64,000 nt of DNA from an uncultured Bacteroidales bacterium (GCA_963757935.1 CAVWSZ010000008.1:119889-183888); one strand, 5' to 3'. Numbered from the stretch's first letter, positions 51,434 to 60,795 are shown. Notes: generated by a model from the sequence alone, not told the origin. Translations and numbers: made by a program.

Positions 51434-51946
51434 ATGGTTCTTAAACACTTATCCGAGCTCAAAGATATCCTTGTTGACAAGCCCACCAGGAGACTCGTTC
51501 TTGCTGCCGCGCAGGACCAGACTTCGTTGACTTCGGTCATCTCCGCTGCCAGGGATGGCTATATAGAGCCTATCCTTGTAGGTGATAAGGAGGCAATTCA
51601 GAATATTGCCTCGGAAAACAACCTTGATATTTCCGGCGTGAGGATGATTCATGAACCGGATACCGAGGTGGCTGTTGAAATAGCCGTTAAAATGGTCAGG
51701 AGCAACCAGGCAGACATTCTCATGAAGGGAAAGGTGGGAACATCGACACTTCTGAAGGCTGTTCTGAACAAGGAGTGGGGTCTCCGGACAGGTACGCTGC
51801 TTTCGCATATTGCAATATTTGAGGTTGAGGCATACCACAAGCTGATAGCTGTAACCGATGTTGCAATGAACATTGCACCAAACCTCCAGGATAAGATCGC
51901 TATCGTAAATAACTCCGTTGCCTGCCTGAACAGGCTTGGGTGTTGA
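51434..51946 (+). CDS. ptb: Phosphate butyryltransferase (PTA_PTB family), N-terminal fragment. +1 insertion near 51939.
   Basis: RLVLAAAQDQTSL, ADILMKGKVGTSTLLKAVL. Confidence 0.8.
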   Translation: MVLKHLSELKDILVDKPTRRLVLAAAQDQTSLTSVISAARDGYIEPILVGDKEAIQNIASENNLDISGVRMIHEPDTEVAVEIAVKMVRSNQADILMKGKVGTSTLLKAVLNKEWGLRTGTLLSHIAIFEVEAYHKLIAVTDVAMNIAPNLQDKIAIVNNSVACLNRLGC

Positions 51947-52343
51947 ACTTCCCAAAGTTGCCGTTCTCGGAGCCGTTGAAATGGTAAGTGAAAACATGCA
52001 GGCTACACTTGACGCAGCTCTTCTTTCAAAGATGAACCAGCGTGACCAGATAAAGCATTGTATCATAGACGGTCCGCTGGCATTCGATAATGCAATAAGC
52101 CTTGACAGCGCAAACCACAAGGGTATCAGGAGTGATGTCGCCGGCGACACTGACCTGCTGCTGATGCCTGACATTGAGGTAGGAAACGTACTGTACAAGT
52201 CGCTTGTCTTCTTCGCACATGCAAAGGTGGCTGCAGTGATCCTGGGTGCCATTGTGCCTATCGTTCTGACATCCAGAAGCGACTCGGACCAGGCTAAATA
52301 TGACAGCATTCTGCTGGCCGCCGCAGTCACAAAAAACGAATAG
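51936..52343 (+). CDS. ptb: Phosphate butyryltransferase, C-terminal fragment
   Basis: PKVAVLGAVE, IIDGPLAFDNAIS, MPDIEVGNVLYKSL, LTSRSDS. Confidence 0.8.
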   Translation: MGVELPKVAVLGAVEMVSENMQATLDAALLSKMNQRDQIKHCIIDGPLAFDNAISLDSANHKGIRSDVAGDTDLLLMPDIEVGNVLYKSLVFFAHAKVAAVILGAIVPIVLTSRSDSDQAKYDSILLAAAVTKNE

Positions 52344-52344
52344 A

Positions 52345-53259
52345 ATGATCACCAGCCTCAGGCAGATGGCTGACGCTGTGCGAACGGCCGGAAGAAAATA
52401 CCGGATTGCCGTTGCATGGGGACAGGATCAGAATACAGTTGGCTCACTTCACAGGGCTGTAAATGAGGGTTTTGTCGAAGCTGTCCTGATAGGCAGTGTC
52501 AGCGAAATAGTAAAGGTCTGCCGGGAAACCGGATGTGACCCTTCACTTTTTACTGTTATCGGATCGGATGATGAAAAAAGTGCCGCCGCGACGGCTGTCA
52601 GAATGACGGCAGAGGGTGAGGCTGATATTGTCATGAAAGGCCTGGTGGGTACCGATAAGTTCCTCAGGGCAGTGATGGACAAGGAAAATGGTCTGCTGGC
52701 CCCTGGCGCTGTGATGAGCTATGTATGCGCCGTTGAGATTCCCGCTTATCAGAAATTGCTCTTTGTAACTGATACTGCCGTTATACCTTTTCCCGACCTT
52801 AAGCAGAAGGTAGCAATGGCTGAATATGCGTTGACGATGGCACGACGCTTCGGGATTTCAATGCCGAAAGTGGCCCTTATAGGAGCTTCGGAGAAGGTAA
52901 GTGATCATTTCCCGAACACCCTCGATTATTCGGAGATGTGCAGGATGGCCGGGGATGGCAGGATTTCACCGTGTATTATGGACGGTCCACTCGACCTGTT
53001 TCTGGCCTGCGACCCTGAAAGCGTGAAGATAAAGGGGATACCCACACCGGTTGACGGGGATGCCGACATACTGCTGTTTCCTTCACTGGAAGCCTGCAAT
53101 CCGTTCTACAAAAGCCTGATGCTCTTTGGAAAGGGAGAACTTGCCGGAATGATTTGCGGAACCACGAAACCGGTCGTCCTTATGTCCAGAAGCGAAAGCG
53201 AACTCTCGAAATACTATTGCGTGGCACTTGCATGTCTTATGGCATCAGAAAATAACTGA
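52345..53259 (+). CDS. Second, divergent phosphate butyryl/acyltransferase paralog
   Basis: RIAVAWGQDQNTV, ADIVMKGLVGTDKFLRAVM, IMDGPLDLFLA, MSRSES. Start taken at MITSLRQ. Confidence 0.75.
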   Translation: MITSLRQMADAVRTAGRKYRIAVAWGQDQNTVGSLHRAVNEGFVEAVLIGSVSEIVKVCRETGCDPSLFTVIGSDDEKSAAATAVRMTAEGEADIVMKGLVGTDKFLRAVMDKENGLLAPGAVMSYVCAVEIPAYQKLLFVTDTAVIPFPDLKQKVAMAEYALTMARRFGISMPKVALIGASEKVSDHFPNTLDYSEMCRMAGDGRISPCIMDGPLDLFLACDPESVKIKGIPTPVDGDADILLFPSLEACNPFYKSLMLFGKGELAGMICGTTKPVVLMSRSESELSKYYCVALACLMASENN

Positions 53260-53263
53260 CAAA

Positions 53264-54343
53264 ATGGATGATAAACTGATACTTGCAGTAAATCCGGGCT
53301 CGACATCTACGAAATTTGCCCTGTTCAGGGGGGAAAAGCTGGTTTTCGAAAAGACACTGAGACACAGCACTCAGGAACTTGAGATTTTTAAGCGGATTAT
53401 TGATCAGAAGTCATTTCGCCATGACCTTATCATGAAGGCACTTGCCGATGAAAATACAGATATTTCCGGAATAGTAGCCGTAGTAGGCAGGGGAGGACTC
53501 GTTAATCCCATAGAATCAGGTATTTATGAGGTAAATGACCTTATGAAGCAGCATCTTTCAGATGCCCCTAACGGAGAACATGCCAGCAACCTGGGAGCAC
53601 TGATAGCTGATGAGATTGCAAAGGATCTTCCCGGAGCCAGGGCTTATATTGTTGACCCTGTGGTGGTTGATGAGATGGAGCCTGTCGCCAGGCTTTCGGG
53701 GCATCCGCTCATAGAACGCAGATCCATTTTTCACGCATTGAACCAGAAGGCTGTCGCAAGGATTTACTCTGCCTCGGTAAACAGGCAGTATGAGGATTTG
53801 AATCTTGTAATTGCTCATATGGGCGGAGGGATAAGTGTCGGAGCTCACTGTAAGGGAAGGGTCATCGATGTAAACAATGCACTTAACGGTGACGGGCCTT
53901 ATTCCCCTGAGCGTTCAGGCGGTCTTCCTGCAGGACAGCTTGCCGAGTTGTGCTTCTCAGGGAAATATGATATTCAGGAGGTAAAAGCCATGATAACCGG
54001 AAAAGGAGGCATGGTTGCATATCTGGGTACCAACAGCTTCATGGAGATTTGCGCTAGGGCGGCCGGCGGTGACACTATGGCTGAGGCTGTAATGAAAGGG
54101 TCGGCTTACCAGGTGGCGAAGGAAATAGGGGCGATGGTTGCAGTGCTGAGGGGCGATGTAGATGCAATAATTCTCACAGGAGGCATGGCACATCAGAAAG
54201 TCCACGTTGAAATGATAACCTCGATGGTTAAGAAATTTGCACCGGTATCAGTATATCCCGGTGAGGATGAGCTTAAGGCACTGGCTTTTAACGGCTTATT
54301 GGCTGTCTCAGGGCTCATCACAGTGAAGGAGTATCTGGGTTAG
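53264..54343 (+). CDS. buk: Butyrate kinase
   Basis: ILAVNPGSTSTKFALF, HASNLGA, AHMGGGISV, SPERSGGLP, ILTGGMA. Confidence 0.9.
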   Translation: MDDKLILAVNPGSTSTKFALFRGEKLVFEKTLRHSTQELEIFKRIIDQKSFRHDLIMKALADENTDISGIVAVVGRGGLVNPIESGIYEVNDLMKQHLSDAPNGEHASNLGALIADEIAKDLPGARAYIVDPVVVDEMEPVARLSGHPLIERRSIFHALNQKAVARIYSASVNRQYEDLNLVIAHMGGGISVGAHCKGRVIDVNNALNGDGPYSPERSGGLPAGQLAELCFSGKYDIQEVKAMITGKGGMVAYLGTNSFMEICARAAGGDTMAEAVMKGSAYQVAKEIGAMVAVLRGDVDAIILTGGMAHQKVHVEMITSMVKKFAPVSVYPGEDELKALAFNGLLAVSGLITVKEYLG

Positions 54344-54363
54344 GCAGTAGAGGGCCGAGGTTT

Positions 54364-54386
54364 AAAAATAGCCAGGGGCTATTTTA
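54364..54386. terminator. Hairpin terminator candidate between the convergent buk and SDR genes
   Basis: 8-bp stem aaatagcc / ggctattt with a 3-nt loop, and A/T tracts on both sides. Confidence 0.45.
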
Positions 54387-54414
54387 GCGAGGAGACAGCA
54401 GCGGGACGCCAAAT

Positions 54415-54540
54415 AAGTAGGCAGCAGGCAGTAGTGACCGGTCGTTAATAACCATGCTCCATGCTCCTGCTCCATGCCCTCCCTGCTCGACTATCTGCTC
54501 GCTAAATGATCTCCTCATGCCTGCCCCTGCTCCCACTGCT
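54415..54540 (+). repeat. Low-complexity heptamer repeats (GCAGCAG/GCAGTAG, then CCATGCT/CCTGCTC variants)
   Basis: gtaggcagcaggcagtagtgaccggtcgttaat... shares its GGCAGTAGTG...TTAAT core with 45948..45972. Followed by ccatgct ccatgct cctgct ccatgcc. Confidence 0.8.
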
Positions 54541-54541
54541 T

Positions 54542-55238
54542 CTACGGCACTGAAACAGCAACAGGCAGGATTTTTCCATTAAAGAATTTATTTCCCTTTT
54601 CTGCAAAATCTGCGATGAAGGCCGCCATATCAGGTGCAGACACAGGCGCCTTGTATCCCGGAAATGCAGCGTTGAACATCTGAGTATCAACTGCTCCCGG
54701 GCAGAGACAGTTGAATGATATGCCGGTTCCTGAAAATTCGGCAGCAAGACATTCAGTAAGCACTGCCAGCGCTCCCTTTGAAGCACTGTAAAACGACAGA
54801 CCCGGATATTTCATGCTTCCCTGAAATCCGCCCATACTGCTGATATTGACCACATGAGACCCATTTACGAGCATCGGAAGGAGAGCGTTTATCACTGCTG
54901 CCGGTCCTGTAAAATTTGTACCTACAATTGTGGAAATTTCTTCACGGCTGTGTTCACTGAAAGGCTTGTTTACCAGGTATCCTGCATTATTGATAAGGAT
55001 ATCAACAGTCTTAAATTCGTTCTCAATGCGATTTTTAAGCTCTGTAAAGGACGATTGTGTGCCGGTGATATCATGTAGCCATCCCGGTAATATTCCCGTG
55101 CACTGCGCCTGCAAAAAGGGTTTTCAGCGCTGCTTCATTGCGGGCCAGTGCAAAAATCCTGTTACCGGAAGTTTCTGAAAATTTCAGTGCCACTTCCCTG
55201 CCTATGCCTGATGAGGCTCCGGTGATTACTATATTCAT
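54542..55238 (-). CDS. Short-chain dehydrogenase/reductase. +1 insertion near 55090; the main ORF is 54542..55114.
   Basis: The N-terminus MNIVITGASSGIGRE lies in the adjacent frame. NNAG, and SSMGG...YSASK catalytic Ser/Tyr/Lys. Confidence 0.82.
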
Positions 55239-55348
55239 TTCAATATCAGTATTTTAGAAAATTTTGTTGAGAAAAATTTCGGATCAGTTTATGTAAATGT
55301 ACTAATTTTGATTTTATTTGTAGCCCCGCAAAAGTTCTGAGGGACGCA

Positions 55349-55904
55349 ATGAAAAGGGTTATAACGGTTATAATTATTGCATGGATTGGCATTACGGCAT
55401 TTGGCCAGGATACCTCAAGAGAGCGTCCTCCACTTTCAGAACGTCTCTTTTTTGGAGGTTCCTTCGGTTTGCAGTTCGGCACAATCACCAATATTGAGGC
55501 ATCCCCGGTTATAGGCCTGTGGGTCTTGCCCCGCGTTGCCATTGCAGCCGGACCCTCATACCAGTACTATAAGGACCCCGTTGATGCCACATCCATTTAC
55601 GGCGGAAAGGCCTATCTTCAGATTACCCTTATTCAGGATCTTAATAATATAATTCCTATCGGGATCAATATCGGGCATCTTCGTACAGTCGGAATACCAG
55701 GGACTGAGTCTCGAGAGATCATTCTGGTCAATAATACCCGAGGGGAATAACAGGATATATATGGGGACATTCCTTGCCGGTGCCGGAATCTCCCAACCTA
55801 TAGGAAGGAGGTCAAGCATGAACTTTACAGTCCTGTGGGCGTTGACCGATACAGAGTACCAGGTTTATGATTCACCTGAGATTCGGGTAAGCTTCAACTT
55901 TTAA
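55349..55904 (+). CDS. Hypothetical exported protein, possibly a small outer-membrane beta-barrel. Frameshift near 55700; the main ORF ends at 55750.
   Basis: Signal peptide MKRVITVIIIAWIGITAFGQ. The +1 frame continues to ...YDSPEIRVSFNF* with a terminal Phe. Confidence 0.4.
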
Positions 55905-55944
55905 ATCATATAACATATTATAATATACTAATAAATAATTATTT

Positions 55945-56481
55945 ATGAAACTTGAAATTAATAAATTTGTATCCCTGGCATATACTTTACAGGAAGGTGG
56001 AAAGGACGGCAAGGTGATTGAAACCGTGGAGGAGAATTCCCCTCTGACATTTGTGTTTGGTGCCGGGAGACTTCTTCCGGCATTTGAGGCAAACATTGCA
56101 GGACTCGAGGAGGGTGGCGACTTTAATTTCATGCTCACAGCCGTTGAAGCATACGGTGAAAAGCGCGAAGAGATGGTTGTCAGTCTTCCGAGGAATATTT
56201 TTGAAGATGAAGGAGTGCTGAACTCCGAGATATGCTTCATAGGCAACAATGTACCTATGATGGATGCACAGGGACACAGGATGAACGGTATTGTAACTGA
56301 AATTGGAGACTCATTTGTGAAGATGGATTTCAATCATCCGCTTGCAGGCACAGATCTTCATTTTTCAGGTAAAGTAGTTGAAGTAAGAGAGGCTACAGCT
56401 GAAGAACTGATGGGACCGGACTCCGGTGGATGTTCCTCATGCGGAAGCAAGAGCAGCGGCTGCGGCGGATCCTGCGGTTGA
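55945..56481 (+). CDS. slyD: FKBP-type peptidyl-prolyl isomerase, SlyD-like, with a Cys-rich C-terminal tail
   Basis: VSLAYTL...PLTFVFGAGRLLPAFE...DFNHPLAGTDLHFSGKVVEVREAT. Tail: GGCSSCGSKSSGCGGSCG. Confidence 0.85.
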   Translation: MKLEINKFVSLAYTLQEGGKDGKVIETVEENSPLTFVFGAGRLLPAFEANIAGLEEGGDFNFMLTAVEAYGEKREEMVVSLPRNIFEDEGVLNSEICFIGNNVPMMDAQGHRMNGIVTEIGDSFVKMDFNHPLAGTDLHFSGKVVEVREATAEELMGPDSGGCSSCGSKSSGCGGSCG

Positions 56482-56518
56482 TTCTAAGCCATATTTCTTT
56501 TCCGGGAATGATTCCCTG

Positions 56519-56551
56519 AAAAATCCGGGCCGGCAGGTCCGGATTTTTTTA
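56519..56551. terminator. Bidirectional terminator between the convergent slyD and symporter genes
   Basis: aaaaatccgg-N10-ccggattttttt. Confidence 0.7.
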
Positions 56552-57784
56552 TACTTTCAGGGTCTCACCCTCAGATTTTGCAATTATTACAGCACAGCAT
56601 GTGTCACCGTAAACATTAATTGTTGTGCGGAACATGTCAAGGATCCTGTCGACAGCCAGGATCAGACCAATACCCTCAAGGGGAAGACCTACAGCCTTGA
56701 GTACTACAGTCATCATTACCAGTCCCGCCATGGGAATTCCTGCTGAACCTATCGCCGCAAGCAATGCAGTGAATATGACAATAATCTGCTGTCCGAATGT
56801 AAGATCGATGCCGTAAGCCTGTGCGATGAACATAACCGCCACACACTCGTACAGTGCGGTGCCGTTCATGTTTATTGTTGCGCCCAGGGGAAGGGTAAAA
56901 CTGGCAATCTTGTTCGATACACCGTCTTCAACCTGTACTGCCTCCATTGTAAGGGGAAGTGTTGCATTTGATGATGAAGTCGAAAAAGCAGTAAGAAGGG
57001 GAGTCGACATGTTTCTCATATGCTTGATCGGATTTGCCCTGCCAAGAAATTTCACGAATAGAGGAAGCGTGATAAGCCCGTGCACCATCAGTCCAAGAAG
57101 AACAGTAATGAAGTACAAACCCAGACGACTGATTATTTCACTTACCTGGTTTCCCATAAGTATCTGCTGTGCAATGACTTTGGCAGAAATGCTGAAAATG
57201 CCGAGCGGAGTGAATTTGATGACGAACATCGTGATCTTCATGATCACATCCAGCACTGCATTAAGCACATCCATCATCAGCAGGCGCGGCTTGTCATCCA
57301 CCTTCGTGATGAAATAACCGAAGATCACGGCAAAGAAGATTATTGAAAGCATATGTCCCTGAACCATCGAATCAAAAATGTTCGAAGGAACTATCTTAAT
57401 AAGGGTCTGTCCGAAACTTTCCGTGACAGCTGATATATTCTCCACAGGTACTTTGAATCCCAGGTCAGCACCCACGCCCGGTTTGATAAGCATTACAAAG
57501 AAAAAGCCTGTCACAATTGCCACCAGCGTGGAGAAAACATAGTAACCCATCGTCTTGGCACCAAGCCTGCCAAGATTGTCTGCAGTGCCCACACTTGCCA
57601 CCCCGGTAGAGATTGAGCAGAGGATCAGCGGGATGATGATCATGTTCAGACCCCGGAGAAAGACATCCCCGATCCAGTTGGTATATACAGTCCATTCAGG
57701 AAAGAGATACCCGAAGAAACCGCCCAGGACCAGGGCGATAAGAATCTGGTAAGGCAGGGCCAGGGTGAATTTTTTACCGGTCAT
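56549..57784 (-). CDS. Dicarboxylate/amino acid:cation symporter (DAACS/GltP family)
   Basis: 411-aa polytopic protein with TAFSTSSSNATLP, INMNGTALYE, GIPMAGLV, DRILDMFRTTINVYGD. Confidence 0.87.
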   Translation of the reverse strand: MTGKKFTLALPYQILIALVLGGFFGYLFPEWTVYTNWIGDVFLRGLNMIIIPLILCSISTGVASVGTADNLGRLGAKTMGYYVFSTLVAIVTGFFFVMLIKPGVGADLGFKVPVENISAVTESFGQTLIKIVPSNIFDSMVQGHMLSIIFFAVIFGYFITKVDDKPRLLMMDVLNAVLDVIMKITMFVIKFTPLGIFSISAKVIAQQILMGNQVSEIISRLGLYFITVLLGLMVHGLITLPLFVKFLGRANPIKHMRNMSTPLLTAFSTSSSNATLPLTMEAVQVEDGVSNKIASFTLPLGATINMNGTALYECVAVMFIAQAYGIDLTFGQQIIVIFTALLAAIGSAGIPMAGLVMMTVVLKAVGLPLEGIGLILAVDRILDMFRTTINVYGDTCCAVIIAKSEGETLKV

Positions 57785-58044
57785 AGGAACTCTTGTTATG
57801 CGTTAACTCAATATTTCGGAAACAGAATGCAATTTAACTGAATTATGAATCAGTACTGCGGGAAGATAATCAAAAGTAAGAAGCCCGAAAGATGTTTTAC
57901 ATTATGTGACGACAATCGGATATTCATAGCAAACGGGGAAGGAGAGGGAGAAAATTCAATTCTCAGGAGTTTCAGGAACAAACCCCGTGTAACAGGTAAA
58001 ATGAACTACCCTAAATTACAGTAAACAACAACTTTCAGCCCGAT

Positions 58045-58125
58045 TTACAATTGTAACCAACAAACAACAGTCTAAAACTGACTTATCTTAATACAAATGT
58101 AATTACTCAGAATATACACTTGTAA
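58045..58125. promoter_or_regulatory. Distal cluster of three TTACA-N2-TGTAA palindromes
   Basis: TTACAATTGTAA at 58045, aTACAAATGTAA at 58091 and aTACACTTGTAA at 58114. The last two are 23 bp apart. Confidence 0.5.
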
Positions 58126-58167
58126 ATAATACTTGATTTTGAATTTTAATATATTTAACTTACTATT

Positions 58168-58284
58168 TATCAGTGATATATATAAAACATTTCATGTTAT
58201 TACTGATATATGAGGTATTAGATAAGGTACCATGACATTAGATTTCATTATATTAATCATATAAATAACTATATATCAGTGATA
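58168..58284. promoter_or_regulatory. Two copies of the palindrome TATCAGTGATA, 106 bp apart
   Basis: Exact 11-mers at 58168..58178 and 58274..58284, inside the AT-rich island. Confidence 0.4.
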
Positions 58285-58396
58285 AAATACATCTAAAGTA
58301 AAGTAATACAATAGCTATTATGTGCCTTTTTATGGCGATATAAAAGGTATATACGTGATTTCTTTGCCGTATTATACTGCTATTCTGGCTTTATAA

Positions 58397-58455
58397 TTAC
58401 AAGTGTAAATAGCATTAAATTACATATGTAAATTATAATCTGATTACATTTGTAA
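58397..58455. promoter_or_regulatory. Proximal tripartite operator array of three TTACA-N2-TGTAA sites at 23/24-bp spacing, overlapping the -7 box of the XRE gene
   Basis: TTACAAGTGTAA at 58397, TTACATATGTAA at 58420 and TTACATTTGTAA at 58444. TACATTTG (58445..58452) matches TAnnTTTG, 18 nt before the ATG. Confidence 0.55.
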
Positions 58456-58469
58456 AAAGCATAATTGTC

Positions 58470-58913
58470 ATGAAAGAGAGAATTCTTGTGTTTTTGCAGA
58501 ATGAGAACAAGAGTTACGCCCAGTTTGCTGAGGAAATAGGAGTTCAGCCTTCGGGTATTTCTCATATTCTGTCCGGAAGGAATAACCCCAGTCTTGATTT
58601 TATTGTTAAAATGCTTCTGAAATACCCTTCACTGTCTGCTGACTGGCTTTTGTTCGGACGGGGCGCTATGCATAAATATGTTTCGCAGCCTACATTGTTC
58701 GACACAGAGCCGCAATTTGAGCCCGGTAAAGCTGTTTTGCCCCTTGAGGGGATAAATGTCACACCTGTCAGTCCGGATCTCCCTGAAGGGGTGGAAAATG
58801 CCCCTGATGCGAAGGAAATGGAATTGAAGGAGGTCAGCAACGGACATAAGAGACTTACCAGGGTAATGTTCTTTTATTCTGACAAATCTTTCAGTGAATA
58901 CCGGCCGGAATGA
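58470..58913 (+). CDS. XRE-family helix-turn-helix transcriptional regulator
   Basis: YAQFAEEIGVQPSGISHILSGRNNPSLDFIVKML...DWLLFGRG. Confidence 0.75.
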   Translation: MKERILVFLQNENKSYAQFAEEIGVQPSGISHILSGRNNPSLDFIVKMLLKYPSLSADWLLFGRGAMHKYVSQPTLFDTEPQFEPGKAVLPLEGINVTPVSPDLPEGVENAPDAKEMELKEVSNGHKRLTRVMFFYSDKSFSEYRPE

Positions 58914-58959
58914 TAAAATTCACTCATTTTAGCTAATTTTGCTGCCAAAGGAGAGCCTG

Positions 58960-59734
58960 ATGAAGAAGCGGATAGAAGACCTCACTGTAATAGAGAACAG
59001 GAAGCTTAACGAACAGTTTTTTGTCCTCACCGTCTCTTCCACCGTACCTCTTCCCGTCATTCTTCCAGGCCAGTTCGTTCAGGCACTGGTTAAAGACAGC
59101 CCTTCCACCTTCCTTCGCCGGCCGCTTTCAGTGCACGACGTTGATGAAACTTAAAAACAGCATCTCAATACTTGTTCAGATTGCTGGCAGCGGAACGGAG
59201 AGCCTCAGCAGGATGAAACCAGGAGATAGTCTTAACCTTGTTTACCCTCTTGGCAATTCATTTACCCTACCCTCACCTGGCGAGAAGGTTCTGCTTACCG
59301 GTGGTGGTTGCGGAATGGCGCCTTTGCTTTACCTGGGCCGAAAAATCAAAGAGTCAGGAATTGATCCGGTATTCGCCCTTGGCTTCCGCAACAGGGATAG
59401 GGTACTGGAGCATGAGGAATTCAAAAAGCTCGGAGAGGTACATCTCTCAACGGAGGACGGATCTTCCGGGCACCGGGGATTTGTGACAGATCTGCCTGTA
59501 TTCACTGATAATCACTGGGATAAAGTCTATTCCTGCGGCCCCGAACCGATGATGAAAGCCGTAGCTGCAAAGTGTTCAGCAAGAAATATTTTCTGTGAAG
59601 TATCTCTGGAGAACCTGATGGCATGCGGAATTGGGGTTTGCCTCTGCTGTGTTGTAGAGACTACCTCCGGCAATGTATGTTCCTGCACTGATGGTCCTGT
59701 ATTTAATACTCGTGTTTTAAAATGGCAGATCTGA
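58960..59734 (+). CDS. pyrK: Dihydroorotate dehydrogenase (B-type) electron-transfer subunit. +1 insertion near 59151; the main ORF is 59021..59734.
   Basis: PGQFV...LRRPLSVHD (FAD binding), [12 protein letters not shown], and the 2Fe-2S motif CGIGVCLCC...C. Confidence 0.85.
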
Positions 59735-60633
59735 ATGTAAAAATAGGGTCAATGATTATGAAGAACCCGGTGATGACTGCTTCCGGGACCTTCGGGTATG
59801 GACCTGAATTAGAGGATTTTATTGATATTTCCAAACTTGGCGGGATAATTGTCAAGGGTACAACTCTTGAACACAGGGAGGGCAATGCTTACCCGAGAAT
59901 GGCAGAGACTCCCTCGGGAATGCTTAACGCTGTTGGTCTTCAGAATAAGGGAATCGACTATTTTGAAAAGCACATTTATCCGCGTATAGCAGGATACAGA
60001 ACAAATGTAATTGTCAATGTAAACGGCAGTACAATAGATGATTATGTAAAATTATCTGAAAGGATCAATCTCCTGGAATCCATCCCTGCAATAGAACTGA
60101 ATATCTCCTGTCCTAACGTTAAAATGGGAGGCATGGTTTTCGGCACTAATCCCGCATCAGCAAGAGAAGTGATTGCAGAAGTCCGGAAGGTTTATTCCAA
60201 AACATTGATTGTCAAGCTGTCACCCAACGTGACGGATATTACTGAATTTGCCCGCATTTCTGAAGGTGAAGGAGCTGACTCAGTCTCGCTTATCAATACC
60301 CTCCTTGGTATGGCTGTCGACATTAAGACAATGAAACCGAAGCTCTCCACTGTTACAGGAGGACTGTCCGGACCTGCAGTCAAGCCGGTGGCTCTCCGCA
60401 TGGTGTGGCAGGTTGCCAGGGCGGTGAAGATTCCGGTGATAGGCATAGGAGGCATAATGAACACTGACGATGCCCTCGAATTCATAATGGCCGGCGCTAC
60501 TGCAGTACAGGTCGGCACAGCCTCCTTTATTGAACCGCGCACTGCTGAAATGATCGTGACCGGGATTACCAATTTTCTGACCCGGAAAAATTTCAGCAGT
60601 ATTTCTGAAATAACCGGTATTCTTAACCGATAG
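59722..60633 (+). CDS. pyrD: Dihydroorotate dehydrogenase B catalytic subunit
   Basis: [48 protein letters not shown]. Confidence 0.92.
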   Translation: MADLNVKIGSMIMKNPVMTASGTFGYGPELEDFIDISKLGGIIVKGTTLEHREGNAYPRMAETPSGMLNAVGLQNKGIDYFEKHIYPRIAGYRTNVIVNVNGSTIDDYVKLSERINLLESIPAIELNISCPNVKMGGMVFGTNPASAREVIAEVRKVYSKTLIVKLSPNVTDITEFARISEGEGADSVSLINTLLGMAVDIKTMKPKLSTVTGGLSGPAVKPVALRMVWQVARAVKIPVIGIGGIMNTDDALEFIMAGATAVQVGTASFIEPRTAEMIVTGITNFLTRKNFSSISEITGILNR

Positions 60634-60737
60634 TACTGTTCACACTTCCCGGAAAACCATTTTTTTTAAGTAAACGATCAGTTAAGTTTTACAGCTTGAT
60701 TTTTAAGATATTTGTTGGAAACCCGACTATTTTCCTT

Positions 60738-60745
60738 TAAATTTG
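60738..60745 (+). promoter_or_regulatory. -7 promoter box TAAATTTG for the Lrp/AsnC gene
   Basis: TAnnTTTG match about 40-50 nt upstream of the two candidate ATGs. Confidence 0.4.
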
Positions 60746-60795
60746 TAAAATTATAGCCGTAAAAGAAGACGATAACTAAAAAAATGAGAGACAAA

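Noticed and set aside
57845-58024. A 59-codon ORF (MNQYCGKIIKSKKPERCFTLCDDN...) in the left part of the island, below the ORF-track cutoff.
   Set aside because: It has no recognisable motif, promoter box or coupling to neighbours. It cannot be distinguished from a chance ORF, so it is noted only.
57785-58469. The AT-rich island considered as the chromosomal origin (oriC).
   Set aside because: I found no TTATCCACA-type DnaA boxes on either strand, and no dnaA or dnaN nearby. The palindromes are regulator-operator-like rather than DnaA-box-like.
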